A stretch of DNA of 64,000 bases from the NCBI GenBank assembly GCA_039715015.1, contig JBDLIE010000010.1, forward strand, positions 1-64,000. Reading direction: 5' to 3'. The position numbers and the translations under genes were made by a program. Positions 42,446 through 54,573 of this stretch are shown piece after piece; the stretch's first letter is position 1; each line of letters opens with the position of its first letter. The notes beneath the pieces were generated by a model. The model saw only the letters and a list, made by a program, of their open reading frames with translations. It made no database searches and was not told the origin of the DNA. The DNA is from Thermodesulfobacteriota bacterium (lineage in GTDB: Bacteria; Desulfobacterota; Desulfobulbia; Desulfobulbales; SURF-16).

Positions 42446-43231
42446 TTGCAATATTTAGAAAACGGTCAAATTCTAGAAAACGTGGCAGTGGGTCCTGACA
42501 GCTGGCGCATGGAAATTCATGCCCCAAAGGTTGTTGGTGCCGCTCAACCCGGTCAGTTTGTCATGGTCTCTGTGGGCCATGAAACCACCGACCCTCTGTT
42601 GCGCCGCCCCTTGTCAATCCATCAGGCTCAGAGCGATGTGCTCACCCTCCTTTATCGTATTGTCGGTAAGGGCACGAAGCTCATGTCTATCATGAAAAAG
42701 GGGGAAGAAATTTCTTTGCTCGGCCCTCTGGGTAAAGGCTTTGACGTACAGCCCACGCCACACCACTGCTTGGTTGGTGGTGGCCTTGGCGTGGCTCCCC
42801 TCCTCTTTTTGGCCTCGCAGATAAAGCAACGTTTTCCAGACAGCAAGCTTTCTATCTTATTGGGCGGCCGCAGCCGGGATGAACTGCTGGTCCTTGAAGA
42901 TTATCAACAGGTGGCCCCTGTATTTTTGGCAACAGATGATGGTTCCCAAGGTATGCATGGCCTGGTAACTGATCTTTTGGCCAAAGAGATTGATGGCCCA
43001 GCAACTATCTATTCCTGCGGCCCAACACCCATGATGAAAGGCGTCGCCGCCCTTGCCCGTCAGCGTAACTGGCCCTGTCAGGTTTCCTTGGAAACCATGA
43101 TGGCCTGCGGCATGGGGGCTTGTCTCGGCTGTACAGTCCAGCGGGCAGGAATAGCTGAAAACGAAGAACAGAAATATGTCCACGTTTGCAAGGATGGGCC
43201 GGTTTTTGAGGCAGGCGAAATATGGCTGTAG
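42446..43231 (+). CDS. pyrK: Dihydroorotate dehydrogenase electron transfer subunit
   Basis: LRRPLSI, GPLG, CGP, MACGMGACLGC, CKDGPVF. Confidence 0.92.
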   Translation: MQYLENGQILENVAVGPDSWRMEIHAPKVVGAAQPGQFVMVSVGHETTDPLLRRPLSIHQAQSDVLTLLYRIVGKGTKLMSIMKKGEEISLLGPLGKGFDVQPTPHHCLVGGGLGVAPLLFLASQIKQRFPDSKLSILLGGRSRDELLVLEDYQQVAPVFLATDDGSQGMHGLVTDLLAKEIDGPATIYSCGPTPMMKGVAALARQRNWPCQVSLETMMACGMGACLGCTVQRAGIAENEEQKYVHVCKDGPVFEAGEIWL

Positions 43232-44139
43232 ATACCAGCGTAAAAATAGGGGAGTGGCAGCTTGCCAATCCAATTATGACCGCTTCAGGTACCTTTGGAT
43301 ACGGCGAAGAATTCACGCCCTTTGTGGATCTCTCATCCTTGGGCGCCATTGTTGTCAAAGGTATTTCGCTCAATCCCCGCCCTGGAAACCCGCCACCAAG
43401 GGTGGTTGAAACTGCCAGCGGTATGCTTAATGCCATTGGCCTGCAAAATGTCGGCATAGAGCGCTTTATCGCTGAAAAAATGCCGATGATTAGAAAATTG
43501 GGCGCTCAGGTTGTGGTCAATATCTTGGGCGATTCTTTGCAAGATTACCAAGAGCTGGCAGCCAGGCTTGATGATGTCGAGGGCATTGCCGCCCTTGAGG
43601 TCAATATATCTTGTCCCAATGTCAAGAAGGGAGGCGTAGCCTTTGGTACGGACCCCAGCATGGCCGCAAAGGTCGCTGAGGTGGTGGCAAAGGAGTCCAG
43701 CCGGCCGGTTATTATCAAGCTATCCCCCAATGTTACAGATATAACCTTGATTGCAAGGGCAGTTGAAGAGGCAGGAGCCACAGCTGTCAGTTTGATAAAC
43801 ACCCTCATCGGAATGGCCATTGACATCAAAACAGGCAGACCAAAACTGGCCAATATTATTGGTGGGCTCTCTGGTCCGGCCATTAAGCCGGTTGCCCTGC
43901 GCATGGTGTATCAGGTCGCTGCTGCCGTTAAAATTCCTGTTATTGGTGTTGGCGGAATCACCACTCTGGAGGATGTCATTGAATTTATGATGGCAGGTGC
44001 CACAGCTGTACAGATCGGCACGGCAAACTTTGTTAATCCGGCCGTAAGCGGCGAATTGGTCACTGGCTTAAGGAAATATTTACAGGAAAATAACAGGAAA
44101 GCAGCAACAGAGCTTATCGGCAGCGTACAGGAGGGGTGA
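43222..44139 (+). CDS. pyrD: Dihydroorotate dehydrogenase, family 1B catalytic subunit
   Basis: ASGTFG, NISCPN, KLSPN, INT, GGLSG. Confidence 0.95.
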   Translation: MAVDTSVKIGEWQLANPIMTASGTFGYGEEFTPFVDLSSLGAIVVKGISLNPRPGNPPPRVVETASGMLNAIGLQNVGIERFIAEKMPMIRKLGAQVVVNILGDSLQDYQELAARLDDVEGIAALEVNISCPNVKKGGVAFGTDPSMAAKVAEVVAKESSRPVIIKLSPNVTDITLIARAVEEAGATAVSLINTLIGMAIDIKTGRPKLANIIGGLSGPAIKPVALRMVYQVAAAVKIPVIGVGGITTLEDVIEFMMAGATAVQIGTANFVNPAVSGELVTGLRKYLQENNRKAATELIGSVQEG

Positions 44140-44414
44140 TGGGTTTTTTTGCAAAAATAAAGCTCCTGTGGAATATTTTCCTCCATGAAGAGGCGCCCTG
44201 GAGCGTTAAGCTTCTCCTCCTCGTTGGTTTTTTCTACATTATATTTCCCATGGACATTTTCCCGGACCAGATTCTGTTGGCCGGCTGGCTTGATGATCTT
44301 GTCCTGGCCATTGTCATGTATATTCTGGCCATGAAAATTACTCCAGAGGATCTCATCAACAAGCTCCTCGGTGGCAAAAGCACCAACAAAGACAAACAGG
44401 GTGATGAGCAATGA
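44136..44414 (+). CDS. YkvA/DUF1232 family small membrane protein
   Basis: Y...P.D..PD.....GWLDD motif. Confidence 0.8.
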   Translation: MMGFFAKIKLLWNIFLHEEAPWSVKLLLLVGFFYIIFPMDIFPDQILLAGWLDDLVLAIVMYILAMKITPEDLINKLLGGKSTNKDKQGDEQ

Positions 44415-45145
44415 GCACTCTGCGTGAAAAAATTGTACAGCGCATCTACCATCAGTTTGAGCAATGGATAGGGCAGAATAAACTCCAATTTTCCTGCCAA
44501 AGGGGCTGTGCCAGCTGCTGCACCCACAATGTCACGATGACAGCTACAGAAGGGGAGCTCATCCACCGCTTTATCAATGAGAATGGCCGGAACAGCTGGT
44601 TTGCCGACAAAATTCAGTCCATAAAAAATCGACAACAGTTAACGGAAACGACAAACGAATTAGCTCAAAAATGTCTGGCGGCCGAGGAAAGTAGTACTCT
44701 TCCGCCAGAGAAAAAAGAGACTGTCTGCCCCTTTTTAGAGGATGACAGCTGCCAGATTTATGAGGTCCGGCCATTTTCCTGCCGTAGTTTCGCCTCAGTG
44801 AAGAAATGCCGCCCCGGACAAGCGGCAGAGCTGCCGCAATACTATATCAGCGCCACCACTGCTGGCCAGCAGCTCATTGAGCACGTAGGGCAGGGGGAAT
44901 ATTGGGGGAATATGCACGACGTACTTCTCGCCCTGTGTGACATTAAGGAAAATGAAGGAACCGCAGAGCTCCTTGCTTCGCAGTCCGTGGCAGACCAAGC
45001 CAGGTCTCGGTTAACAAAGGCCCAGCCTTTGCCCGGGTTTTTGATTGGCCAGGATGAGTATGAAAAAGTAAGTCCCTTTATTCTGGCGGTATTTAACGAT
45101 AAAATCGGTGAAAAAAACGTAGAAGATATCCTGAACGGCAAATAA
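44411..45145 (+). CDS. YkgJ family cysteine cluster protein
   Basis: CQRGCASCC and CPFL....C.IYEVRP..CR. Confidence 0.85.
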   Translation: MSTLREKIVQRIYHQFEQWIGQNKLQFSCQRGCASCCTHNVTMTATEGELIHRFINENGRNSWFADKIQSIKNRQQLTETTNELAQKCLAAEESSTLPPEKKETVCPFLEDDSCQIYEVRPFSCRSFASVKKCRPGQAAELPQYYISATTAGQQLIEHVGQGEYWGNMHDVLLALCDIKENEGTAELLASQSVADQARSRLTKAQPLPGFLIGQDEYEKVSPFILAVFNDKIGEKNVEDILNGK

Positions 45146-45157
45146 GCCCTGATAATT

Positions 45158-45832
45158 ATGAAAAAAAAAGCGAACATAGATTGGCAAACCATTGACACGG
45201 TGCTTTTGGACATGGATGGCACCCTGCTTGATAAACATTTTGATGATTATTTCTGGGAGGAGTATGTCCCGGAGATTTATGCCAAGCAAAATAATATTTC
45301 TATATTTACAGCTGAAGAAGAGTTGCTCGCCAAATATAAGGAACGGCAAGGTTCTTTGGAATGGACAGATTTGGATTTTTGGTCACAGGAGTTAGATTTA
45401 GATCTGGAAAAGATGAAGCTCGATGTGAATCATCTCATCAATGTCCATCCGTATGTTCTTGAATTTCTGGAGTTTTGCAGAAATTTGGGCAAAAAAATCG
45501 TCCTTGTTACCAATGCCCATCCAAAAACCTTGGCCATCAAGATGGACAAGACCAAAATGGAGGGGGAATTTGACGCTCTGATCTGTGCCGATGACATTGG
45601 CGTTGCCAAGGAAGATCCCGTCTTTTGGCAAAAGTTGGCAGAGAAAGTAGAGTTTGATAGGGCACGTACCCTGCTGGCCGATGACAATGAGGAAGTTCTG
45701 GCCAGCGGTGAGGAGTATGGCATCGCTCATATGATCTTTGTTGCCAAGTCCAGCAGCACAAAACCGACGCTTTATTCACAGAGATTTTCGTCGATAATTT
45801 TCTTCAAAGAATTGATGGATATAGAGACATAA
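45158..45832 (+). CDS. HAD hydrolase, YrfG-like GMP/IMP nucleotidase
   Basis: W..IDTVLLDMDGTLLD.HFD..FW, VTNAH, KED..FW, DD. Confidence 0.85.
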   Translation: MKKKANIDWQTIDTVLLDMDGTLLDKHFDDYFWEEYVPEIYAKQNNISIFTAEEELLAKYKERQGSLEWTDLDFWSQELDLDLEKMKLDVNHLINVHPYVLEFLEFCRNLGKKIVLVTNAHPKTLAIKMDKTKMEGEFDALICADDIGVAKEDPVFWQKLAEKVEFDRARTLLADDNEEVLASGEEYGIAHMIFVAKSSSTKPTLYSQRFSSIIFFKELMDIET

Positions 45833-46041
45833 GAGGGCAAAAAAGCAAAGGAAGGCCAAAAAAATAAGTATGTTATTACAGTGAGATACCACTGAGCACC
45901 CATTCATTGCCCTGAAAAAAATAGGGGCACACCATTGACAAAAGAAATGGGATACTGTAATTAGGATCATCTTTTTACTTATTAATAGTTTTTAGATATA
46001 GATAACCCCTATTTTAAGGAAAATTTAACGGAGGATTTGAT

Positions 46042-46362
46042 ATGGCTTCTATCGAGTACGACGGATCTAGCTTTGGTGTTGATGAGGACGGCTTCCTGAC
46101 CAATGGTATGGAAGAGTGGAACGAGTCTTGGGTTGATTATGTTAAGGCCGAAGAAGGTATTGGCGACATGACCGACGAGCACTGGAAAGTTATTAACGCT
46201 CTTCAGGATTACTACAAGAAGAATGGTATTGCTCCCATGGTACGTATTCTTTCCAAAACCACTGGTTTCCCTCTGAAGCGCATCTATGAGCTCTTCCCCT
46301 CCGGACCTGGTAAAGGCGCCTGTAAGATGGCCGGCCTGCCTAAGCCTACCGGTTGTGTATAA
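46042..46362 (+). CDS. dsrC: Dissimilatory sulfite reductase sulfur carrier DsrC
   Basis: DEDGFL, APMVRIL, LFPSGPGKGACKMAGLPKPTGCV with both C-terminal Cys. Confidence 0.93.
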   Translation: MASIEYDGSSFGVDEDGFLTNGMEEWNESWVDYVKAEEGIGDMTDEHWKVINALQDYYKKNGIAPMVRILSKTTGFPLKRIYELFPSGPGKGACKMAGLPKPTGCV

Positions 46363-46403
46363 TTAAGTTTATTGCGACTGCCTAGGCAGTCAGACATAGC
46401 TTA

Positions 46404-46448
46404 TAAAAAAGGAGATTGAATCTTTTGATTCAATCTCCTTTTTTTTTG
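46404..46448. terminator. Bidirectional terminator after dsrC
   Basis: AAAAAAGGAGATTGAATC-TTTT-GATTCAATCTCCTTTTTT. Confidence 0.85.
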
Positions 46449-46487
46449 TCCTGTACCATGGGGGACATGCTGCGTCAGGTAATGGTG

Positions 46488-47258
46488 CTAGGGTGTGATG
46501 CGGTTTTGAGCAAGAAAGCCGTCGTGAATAAGGTTAAGGGTTTCCCGGTACGTGGCACCCTTGATCCGGGCTCCCCGTAAACCGCCGCGCAGATTAATTT
46601 CGCCCAGGTAGGAGCGGCCATCAGCGGTACGTAGAATGTCGATATGGGCGTATGGGAAGGAACCCCGTTCCATGACAGCTTGGCAAAGGGCCTGCTGGTC
46701 TGGGTCAAGGGTAACGGCACGGCTTTCGCCGCCGCAATGAAGATTGTGGCGGAAATTGTCTGGGTTAATCCGTTGGTAACTCTCCTGATAGGAGCCGAGA
46801 ATAATCACACGGATATCATCTGCATCAGGGTAAAAGGGCTGAAGAACAAAGGGGTAAGGAAGGCCCCCTAGAGTAGCCTGATTAAAGACGTCTTCAACAG
46901 AACTCCATTTGTGGACGCCAAGACCACCGTTTTTGCGGTCCTCCTTGGTGACAACATCGCTAATCCCATTATGGCCATATAGATTGACAGCGGCAAGGAG
47001 ATCATGGTGGTCAAAAACAGCCTGAGTGAAAGGGGGCATGTATTCAGAAAACACACGAGCCTGGACAACTTTGGAACGGGCGACAATCTGGGAAAAAGCG
47101 CTGGGAAAAAGAAGGACGCCACGTCGTTCAAGGTCATGGAGGATGAATTCCTCTCCGGCCTTGACCCGAACGCGACCGATAAAACAATGGTCGTCGCCCA
47201 AGGTGTGAAAGAGCCTGTGCAGGGTGTTGTTGTCAGGAATGAGCTGCATTGCCTTCAA
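46488..47258 (-). CDS. ATP-grasp (RimK-like) protein
   Basis: GGLGV, LQPF, DIRV, NFRHNLHCGG, HIDI, EIN. Confidence 0.75.
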   Translation of the reverse strand: MKAMQLIPDNNTLHRLFHTLGDDHCFIGRVRVKAGEEFILHDLERRGVLLFPSAFSQIVARSKVVQARVFSEYMPPFTQAVFDHHDLLAAVNLYGHNGISDVVTKEDRKNGGLGVHKWSSVEDVFNQATLGGLPYPFVLQPFYPDADDIRVIILGSYQESYQRINPDNFRHNLHCGGESRAVTLDPDQQALCQAVMERGSFPYAHIDILRTADGRSYLGEINLRGGLRGARIKGATYRETLNLIHDGFLAQNRITP

Positions 47259-47527
47259 AAAAGCATTTCAACAAAACGCTGGTGGTGAGTGGTGAGATCT
47301 TCATTGCACTCGGCGCAAAAAAACCGAATTTCGCCTAAAATCTGTGATTCATCGCCATCCTGGCTGAAGCTGCCATCACTGTTCTGAATATATCTCGTGG
47401 TGAGAATAACACCATCGGCCACCTCGAAGAAGTCGCTGTCATTACCGCAACTGGGGCAGATAATACGCATGGTATTTTTCTTGCGAAGCTGCTGATGTAT
47501 CTTTGCTAAATCACGTTCTGTTTCCAC
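47255..47527 (-). CDS. Small zinc-ribbon-like hypothetical protein
   Basis: CPSC ... CAEC; start uncertain (possibly ATG at 47470). Confidence 0.6.
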   Translation of the reverse strand: METERDLAKIHQQLRKKNTMRIICPSCGNDSDFFEVADGVILTTRYIQNSDGSFSQDGDESQILGEIRFFCAECNEDLTTHHQRFVEMLF

Positions 47528-47600
47528 AAAGCACCTTTAAAATGAGAAAAAATTACTCTAAGAAAGAGGTCATCTTTTGTCAATGACAACAGGTGCGCGG

Positions 47601-47876
47601 TCAGTAGCGAATGGAAAAGCCAAATAAAGACTCTGCACAGGTAACCTCTTCAACCGCGACATGATCGACCCTGCTAGAGGGAGAGCCCATTGTAAGCCAT
47701 TCCACCATTTTGTCGACTTGGCCGCTGGGGCCGGAGATGAGAGCCTCCACCTCGCCAGTGGGCAGGTTGCGCACCCAGCCTGATAGATGCAGATGTTCTG
47801 CTTCTTGCTGGGTGAAGATCCGAAAGTAGACACCCTGTACCTTGCCTGAAATAACGGCCCGTACACATTTATTCAT
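47601..47876 (-). CDS. acyP: Acylphosphatase
   Basis: GKVQGVYFR, GWVRN. Confidence 0.9.
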   Translation of the reverse strand: MNKCVRAVISGKVQGVYFRIFTQQEAEHLHLSGWVRNLPTGEVEALISGPSGQVDKMVEWLTMGSPSSRVDHVAVEEVTCAESLFGFSIRY

Positions 47877-47981
47877 AGTAAAGACCTCACTTCGCAGCAT
47901 CACTTAGCCCTCCGACAGGTTGCGAGACTGGTTCTCTCTGCTAAAAAACGCACAGTGGCGGTGAAGGGGAATGATTTTTTA

Positions 47982-50194
<2,213 letters not shown>

Positions 50195-50285
50195 GGTGAA
50201 TCTCCTTTTTGAATTAAGATGGGCAAGATAGTATGATCTTTGCAATTTATATGAAACAGGTAGTGATTTCAAGGCGGCCTCGCAC

Positions 50286-51080
50286 ATGACAAAAAAAAAT
50301 AGATTCCAGGAGCTCTGTGAAGCAGGGCAGGTCGGCAACCATCCCCTGCGCCATCTGGCTGAGACGGATTCGACCAATAGAGTGGCCATGGAGCAGGGCA
50401 GAAAGGGAGGACAAACCGGCCTGATCATTGTTGCTGACCATCAAAGCCAAGGACGGGGCAGGTTGGATAAGAAATGGCTGTCCAGCGCAGGAGATGGCCT
50501 CTATTTTTCAGTAATCCTCAGACCCTTGCTGGCCCTGGATGAGCTGGCCAGGATTACCCTGGCTGCCGGGGCGGCTGTGGCTGAGGCCTTGCAGCCCTTG
50601 CTTGCAGAGATGGTGATGCTTAAATGGCCAAATGACATCATTGTCGGCAACAGGAAATGCGGCGGTATTCTCAGCGAATCAGATATCAGTAATATCGACC
50701 GTCCCCTGGTAATTTTGGGAATCGGCCTGAACCTGCAGCGCCCTGAAGAAGGTTTTCCTGCCGAGATTGCCGATAGGGCCGGTGCCCTTGCTGATTATAG
50801 CTCCGAATTTATTGAGCCTGGAGTTCTCCTGGAGGAGCTGATTGCAAAGATTGACCATGTTCTCACCGAGCTTGAACAGCAGGGCTGGCCTGCCATCCGC
50901 AAACGCTGGCAACAGCGCGACATCACCATGGCAAGAAGGATGACCTGGGTGACTGCCAAGGGCGAGGTGATCAACGGTGTTTCGCAAGGCATTGACGAAC
51001 AGGGGCTTCTTTACATCAGGGACGACAGTGGCACCCGCCATGAGGTGCTCTCCGGCGATGTACAATTGCAGCGTCACTAG
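50286..51080 (+). CDS. birA: Biotin-protein ligase (no N-terminal HTH)
   Basis: DSTN, Q..GRGR, KWPND, KCGGIL, GIGLN, SGDV. Confidence 0.93.
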   Translation: MTKKNRFQELCEAGQVGNHPLRHLAETDSTNRVAMEQGRKGGQTGLIIVADHQSQGRGRLDKKWLSSAGDGLYFSVILRPLLALDELARITLAAGAAVAEALQPLLAEMVMLKWPNDIIVGNRKCGGILSESDISNIDRPLVILGIGLNLQRPEEGFPAEIADRAGALADYSSEFIEPGVLLEELIAKIDHVLTELEQQGWPAIRKRWQQRDITMARRMTWVTAKGEVINGVSQGIDEQGLLYIRDDSGTRHEVLSGDVQLQRH

Positions 51081-51277
51081 CCAAACGTTGTCCTTATCTT
51101 CTTGCTGCATTCCAGATTTTTTTCTGAGGGACTCGAAAAAGTGTAAGAGACAGCGGCCACTTTGGCTAATTTGTGATTGCCCGGAAGAGTATGATGTGGT
51201 TAGGGTGGAGGCAAGGCGCAACCCTTTAATTTTTCAGAAGCGGAAAAGCGATTTTTTAGCACCTAGCACCATCAGCG

Positions 51278-52297
51278 ATGGATCTTATGGCCATGACCGA
51301 TAAAAATACGCCACCCATGAAACGCACCTCAGAAGAACACGTTCTGCTGACGGTCTGTGTCGTCGGCACACTTGGCATTGCGCCATTTGCTGTCTGCCGT
51401 TTCATAGGTCAGGAATGGCTGCTTGGCACCATTGACTCGTTCATTGTCACGACGATGGTTGTGCTGGGCCTGTTTGCCTGGCATAAAAAGAGGGTCCGGC
51501 TGGCCTCCATCCTCCTTTCCGTTTGCTCCATGGCCGGCTTATTTATGGTTGTCCATCTAGGGGGGCCTTCTCTGATCTATTGGGCTTACCCGGTAATGGC
51601 CACTGTTTTTTTTCTTTTGACCCAGCGTGAGGCGATAATCATTGACCTCCTTGCCATGGCAGCACTGGCCCCGGCTATACAGCCGCATATGGCAAATATG
51701 GAATTTGCTGGCATTCTGGTTAATATGGTTCTGATTATGGTGTTCGCCTACATCTTTGCGGACCGCACCAGACATCAGCGTCAGCAGCTTGCCCTCTTGG
51801 CTACGGAAGATTCCCTGACCGGCGCTGGCAATCGTCGCGCCTTCGATGCAAAGCTCAACGAGATCCTGGCGGCCAAGCCTCGTACCAGGCAACCCGTGTC
51901 CTTGCTAGCGCTGGATCTCGACCATTTTAAATCCATCAATGACACCTACGGCCATGAAACAGGGGATGAGATCCTGTGCAAGATAACCAGCATTATTCAG
52001 GAAAGAATACGCGTCAGCGACGGGTTGTACCGGATCGGAGGCGAGGAGTTTGTGGTGATAGCCGTGGGCGCGAATCTTTCGGATGGCGCCAGAAAGGCCG
52101 AACAACTCCGTCTCCTCGTTGGGCAATGCGGCCTGCTGGCCGATCGACCGGTAACCATTTCCTTAGGAGTGGCGGAGATCAATGAAGGAGAAACCGGGAC
52201 TGAGTGCCTGAGACGGGCAGACAATGCCCTCTATGAAGCCAAACGGGCCGGGCGCAACACAATTCGCACGGACCAATGGCCCGAAAGTCCCTGGTAA
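51278..52297 (+). CDS. Membrane-bound GGDEF diguanylate cyclase
   Basis: N-terminal TMs; DSLTG..NRR, DLDHFK.IND.YGH, RVSD I-site, GGEEF. Confidence 0.9.
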   Translation: MDLMAMTDKNTPPMKRTSEEHVLLTVCVVGTLGIAPFAVCRFIGQEWLLGTIDSFIVTTMVVLGLFAWHKKRVRLASILLSVCSMAGLFMVVHLGGPSLIYWAYPVMATVFFLLTQREAIIIDLLAMAALAPAIQPHMANMEFAGILVNMVLIMVFAYIFADRTRHQRQQLALLATEDSLTGAGNRRAFDAKLNEILAAKPRTRQPVSLLALDLDHFKSINDTYGHETGDEILCKITSIIQERIRVSDGLYRIGGEEFVVIAVGANLSDGARKAEQLRLLVGQCGLLADRPVTISLGVAEINEGETGTECLRRADNALYEAKRAGRNTIRTDQWPESPW

Positions 52298-52389
52298 GGC
52301 GGCAATGCGGCGTGGAGTGGTCTTTAAGTTTGGGCCAGACGAAATCTTCTTTTCCCGGCAGCAAGCCGGCGAGCAGCAATGGCCGGCAG

Positions 52390-54555
52390 TTATGTGAGAT
52401 GGCGAATTTCAAAGACGCGATGGGTCTTCTTGTTGCGGCTGAAGTCCTGGGGCAGGGTCTTTGCTGAAATATCACGGACGCTAAAATTCTTCTTCAGGCT
52501 TTCATCAATGCTGAAATTTCGTGAACTGGTGGCAAAGAGGAGGAGGCCATCACTCTCCAGCACCGACATGGACGCTTCAAGCAACGGGCCATGATCGCGC
52601 TGGATATCAAATGCCCCTCCCCCTCCCCTCTTTGTGTTGGAGAAGGTGGGCGGATCCATATAAATTAGGTCATACCTCTCCACCTTCAGCTTCTGCAGCC
52701 AGCCCAGGCAATCGGCGCGTACCAGGCCATGGCGGTCCGGATCAAAGCCGTTTAATGCCAGGTTTTTACGGGTCCAGTCAAGAAAGGTTCTGGAGGTGTC
52801 AACACTGGTGGTGGTGCGGGCCCCGCCCATGGCGGCATGGACAGTGGACGGGCCGGTATGGCAAAAGAGGTTCAAAAAGCGCCTGCCTGTTGCCAGCTTT
52901 TGGATCTGTAACCGCAGGGTACGATGGCCGAGAAAGAGACCGCCATCAGGATATTCGCTCAGGTTGACCAGAAAACGGCAACCGCCCTCCTCTACCTCCA
53001 CCAGGCGGGCCTTGACCGCCTTCTTGTCATGCGCATGCGGTTTCTTGCCCTTCTGCTTGGTCCTGCTCTTAATGAAGATTCGATTACGCTTGCAGTCCAG
53101 CAGCTCTGAGATCGTGTCGATGACCTCCTTGCGGCGGGCTCTTACCTTGTCGGCAGCAATGGTGGCTGGGGCGGCATACTCCTGGATATGGACCCAGGGA
53201 CCGTAGAGATCAATGGCAACGTTATACTCAGGGATATCTCGATCGTAGATGCGCAGGCAATTGACCTTTTGCCGGGGCGCCCATTTGAGAAGGGGTTTGA
53301 GGTTCTTTTTCAAACGGTTGGCCAGGGTGGAAGAGAGCGTGTCACTCCTGATCTGCCAGGTGGCCTGGCGTTCAGAATGGCTTGCGACCTCATAGAGGCG
53401 CAGGGTGCAGGGAATGGGGCCGTTGTAAAAGCGGTATTGACCGGCCCTCTTCTGGGCCAGGGCATCCAGGAGATCGGGATTGCTGGAAAAAACAGCAAGC
53501 TGCCAATCTTGAAAGAAGTGGGCGGCAATCCGGCCCAGGCTGCGGTAGAGATACTTCACCTCATCCTTGCCTGAAAGACGCTCTCCGTAGGGAGGATTGG
53601 TGACCAGTAGATGGCGGCCCCTGTTGAGATTGGCAGGGGGCTGCAGGCGGGCAAGATCACGGCGTTCAATATGAATTTTATCCCGTAAGCCGGCCCTGTC
53701 GATATTGGCCAGGGCAGCTTTGACGGCCGCAGGGTCGGAATCAAAACCAAGGAGCCGCGGCCAAGGCTTTTCAGAACCTTCTTCCTCGCGGCCCAGGGCC
53801 TCATCAACCAGATCCTGCCAGAGAGGTTTTTTATGGCCCCGCCAGTTCAGAAAGCCGAAATGGCTCCGGTCAAGACCGGGTGCTACATCGCCGATAATCA
53901 AGGCCGATTCAATAAGGAGGGTGCCGGAGCCGCAGAGGGGGTCAAGAACAACGTCGTGACGGGCCATGGTGGAAGTAACACCGGCTCGAGCAACAATGGC
54001 GGCAGCCAGGGATTCCTTTAACGGGGCCTGACCACCATCCTGACGATAACCGCGGCGGTGCAGACTGGCCCCGGCTAGATCCAGGCTGAGATGGGCCTCA
54101 TCCTTGCGTAAGAAAAGGTTGAGGCGGATATCAGGCTGCTTGCTGTCCACAGAGGGTCTTTCGCCCACCATGTCCCGGAAATAATCAACCACCGCGTCCT
54201 TGACCCTGAGGGCGGCAAAATGACTGTGATTGATGGTGCTGTCGCTCAAGACGCAATCCACGGCCAGGGTGTTTTCGGGGTGCATATGTTTTTTCCACTC
54301 CACACTCTTTACCCCCTCGTAAAGGGCGTCAGGGTCAGGGGCTGGAAAGTGGCTGATGGCCAGAAGTATGCGTGAGGCAAATCGGGACCAGAGACAGGCC
54401 CTGTACGCCGCTGCAAGATCCCCTTTGAAGGCCACCGCGCCGGTGAGGATGACAACATCATGGCCGCCAAAACCGGTAACCTCGTGGGCCACCAACTCTT
54501 CCAGGCCTGCAGAACAGGTCGCTGTTAATTGCAATAAATCAGCCACGTCAAACAC
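52390..54555 (-). CDS. rlmKL: Bifunctional 23S rRNA methyltransferase
   Basis: THUMP domain, LHRRGYR, DPLCGSGT, NPPYG; second domain LNLF, DPPTFS. Confidence 0.92.
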   Translation of the reverse strand: MFDVADLLQLTATCSAGLEELVAHEVTGFGGHDVVILTGAVAFKGDLAAAYRACLWSRFASRILLAISHFPAPDPDALYEGVKSVEWKKHMHPENTLAVDCVLSDSTINHSHFAALRVKDAVVDYFRDMVGERPSVDSKQPDIRLNLFLRKDEAHLSLDLAGASLHRRGYRQDGGQAPLKESLAAAIVARAGVTSTMARHDVVLDPLCGSGTLLIESALIIGDVAPGLDRSHFGFLNWRGHKKPLWQDLVDEALGREEEGSEKPWPRLLGFDSDPAAVKAALANIDRAGLRDKIHIERRDLARLQPPANLNRGRHLLVTNPPYGERLSGKDEVKYLYRSLGRIAAHFFQDWQLAVFSSNPDLLDALAQKRAGQYRFYNGPIPCTLRLYEVASHSERQATWQIRSDTLSSTLANRLKKNLKPLLKWAPRQKVNCLRIYDRDIPEYNVAIDLYGPWVHIQEYAAPATIAADKVRARRKEVIDTISELLDCKRNRIFIKSRTKQKGKKPHAHDKKAVKARLVEVEEGGCRFLVNLSEYPDGGLFLGHRTLRLQIQKLATGRRFLNLFCHTGPSTVHAAMGGARTTTSVDTSRTFLDWTRKNLALNGFDPDRHGLVRADCLGWLQKLKVERYDLIYMDPPTFSNTKRGGGGAFDIQRDHGPLLEASMSVLESDGLLLFATSSRNFSIDESLKKNFSVRDISAKTLPQDFSRNKKTHRVFEIRHLT

Positions 54556-54573
54556 TCCATAGCGGGTTCTTGG

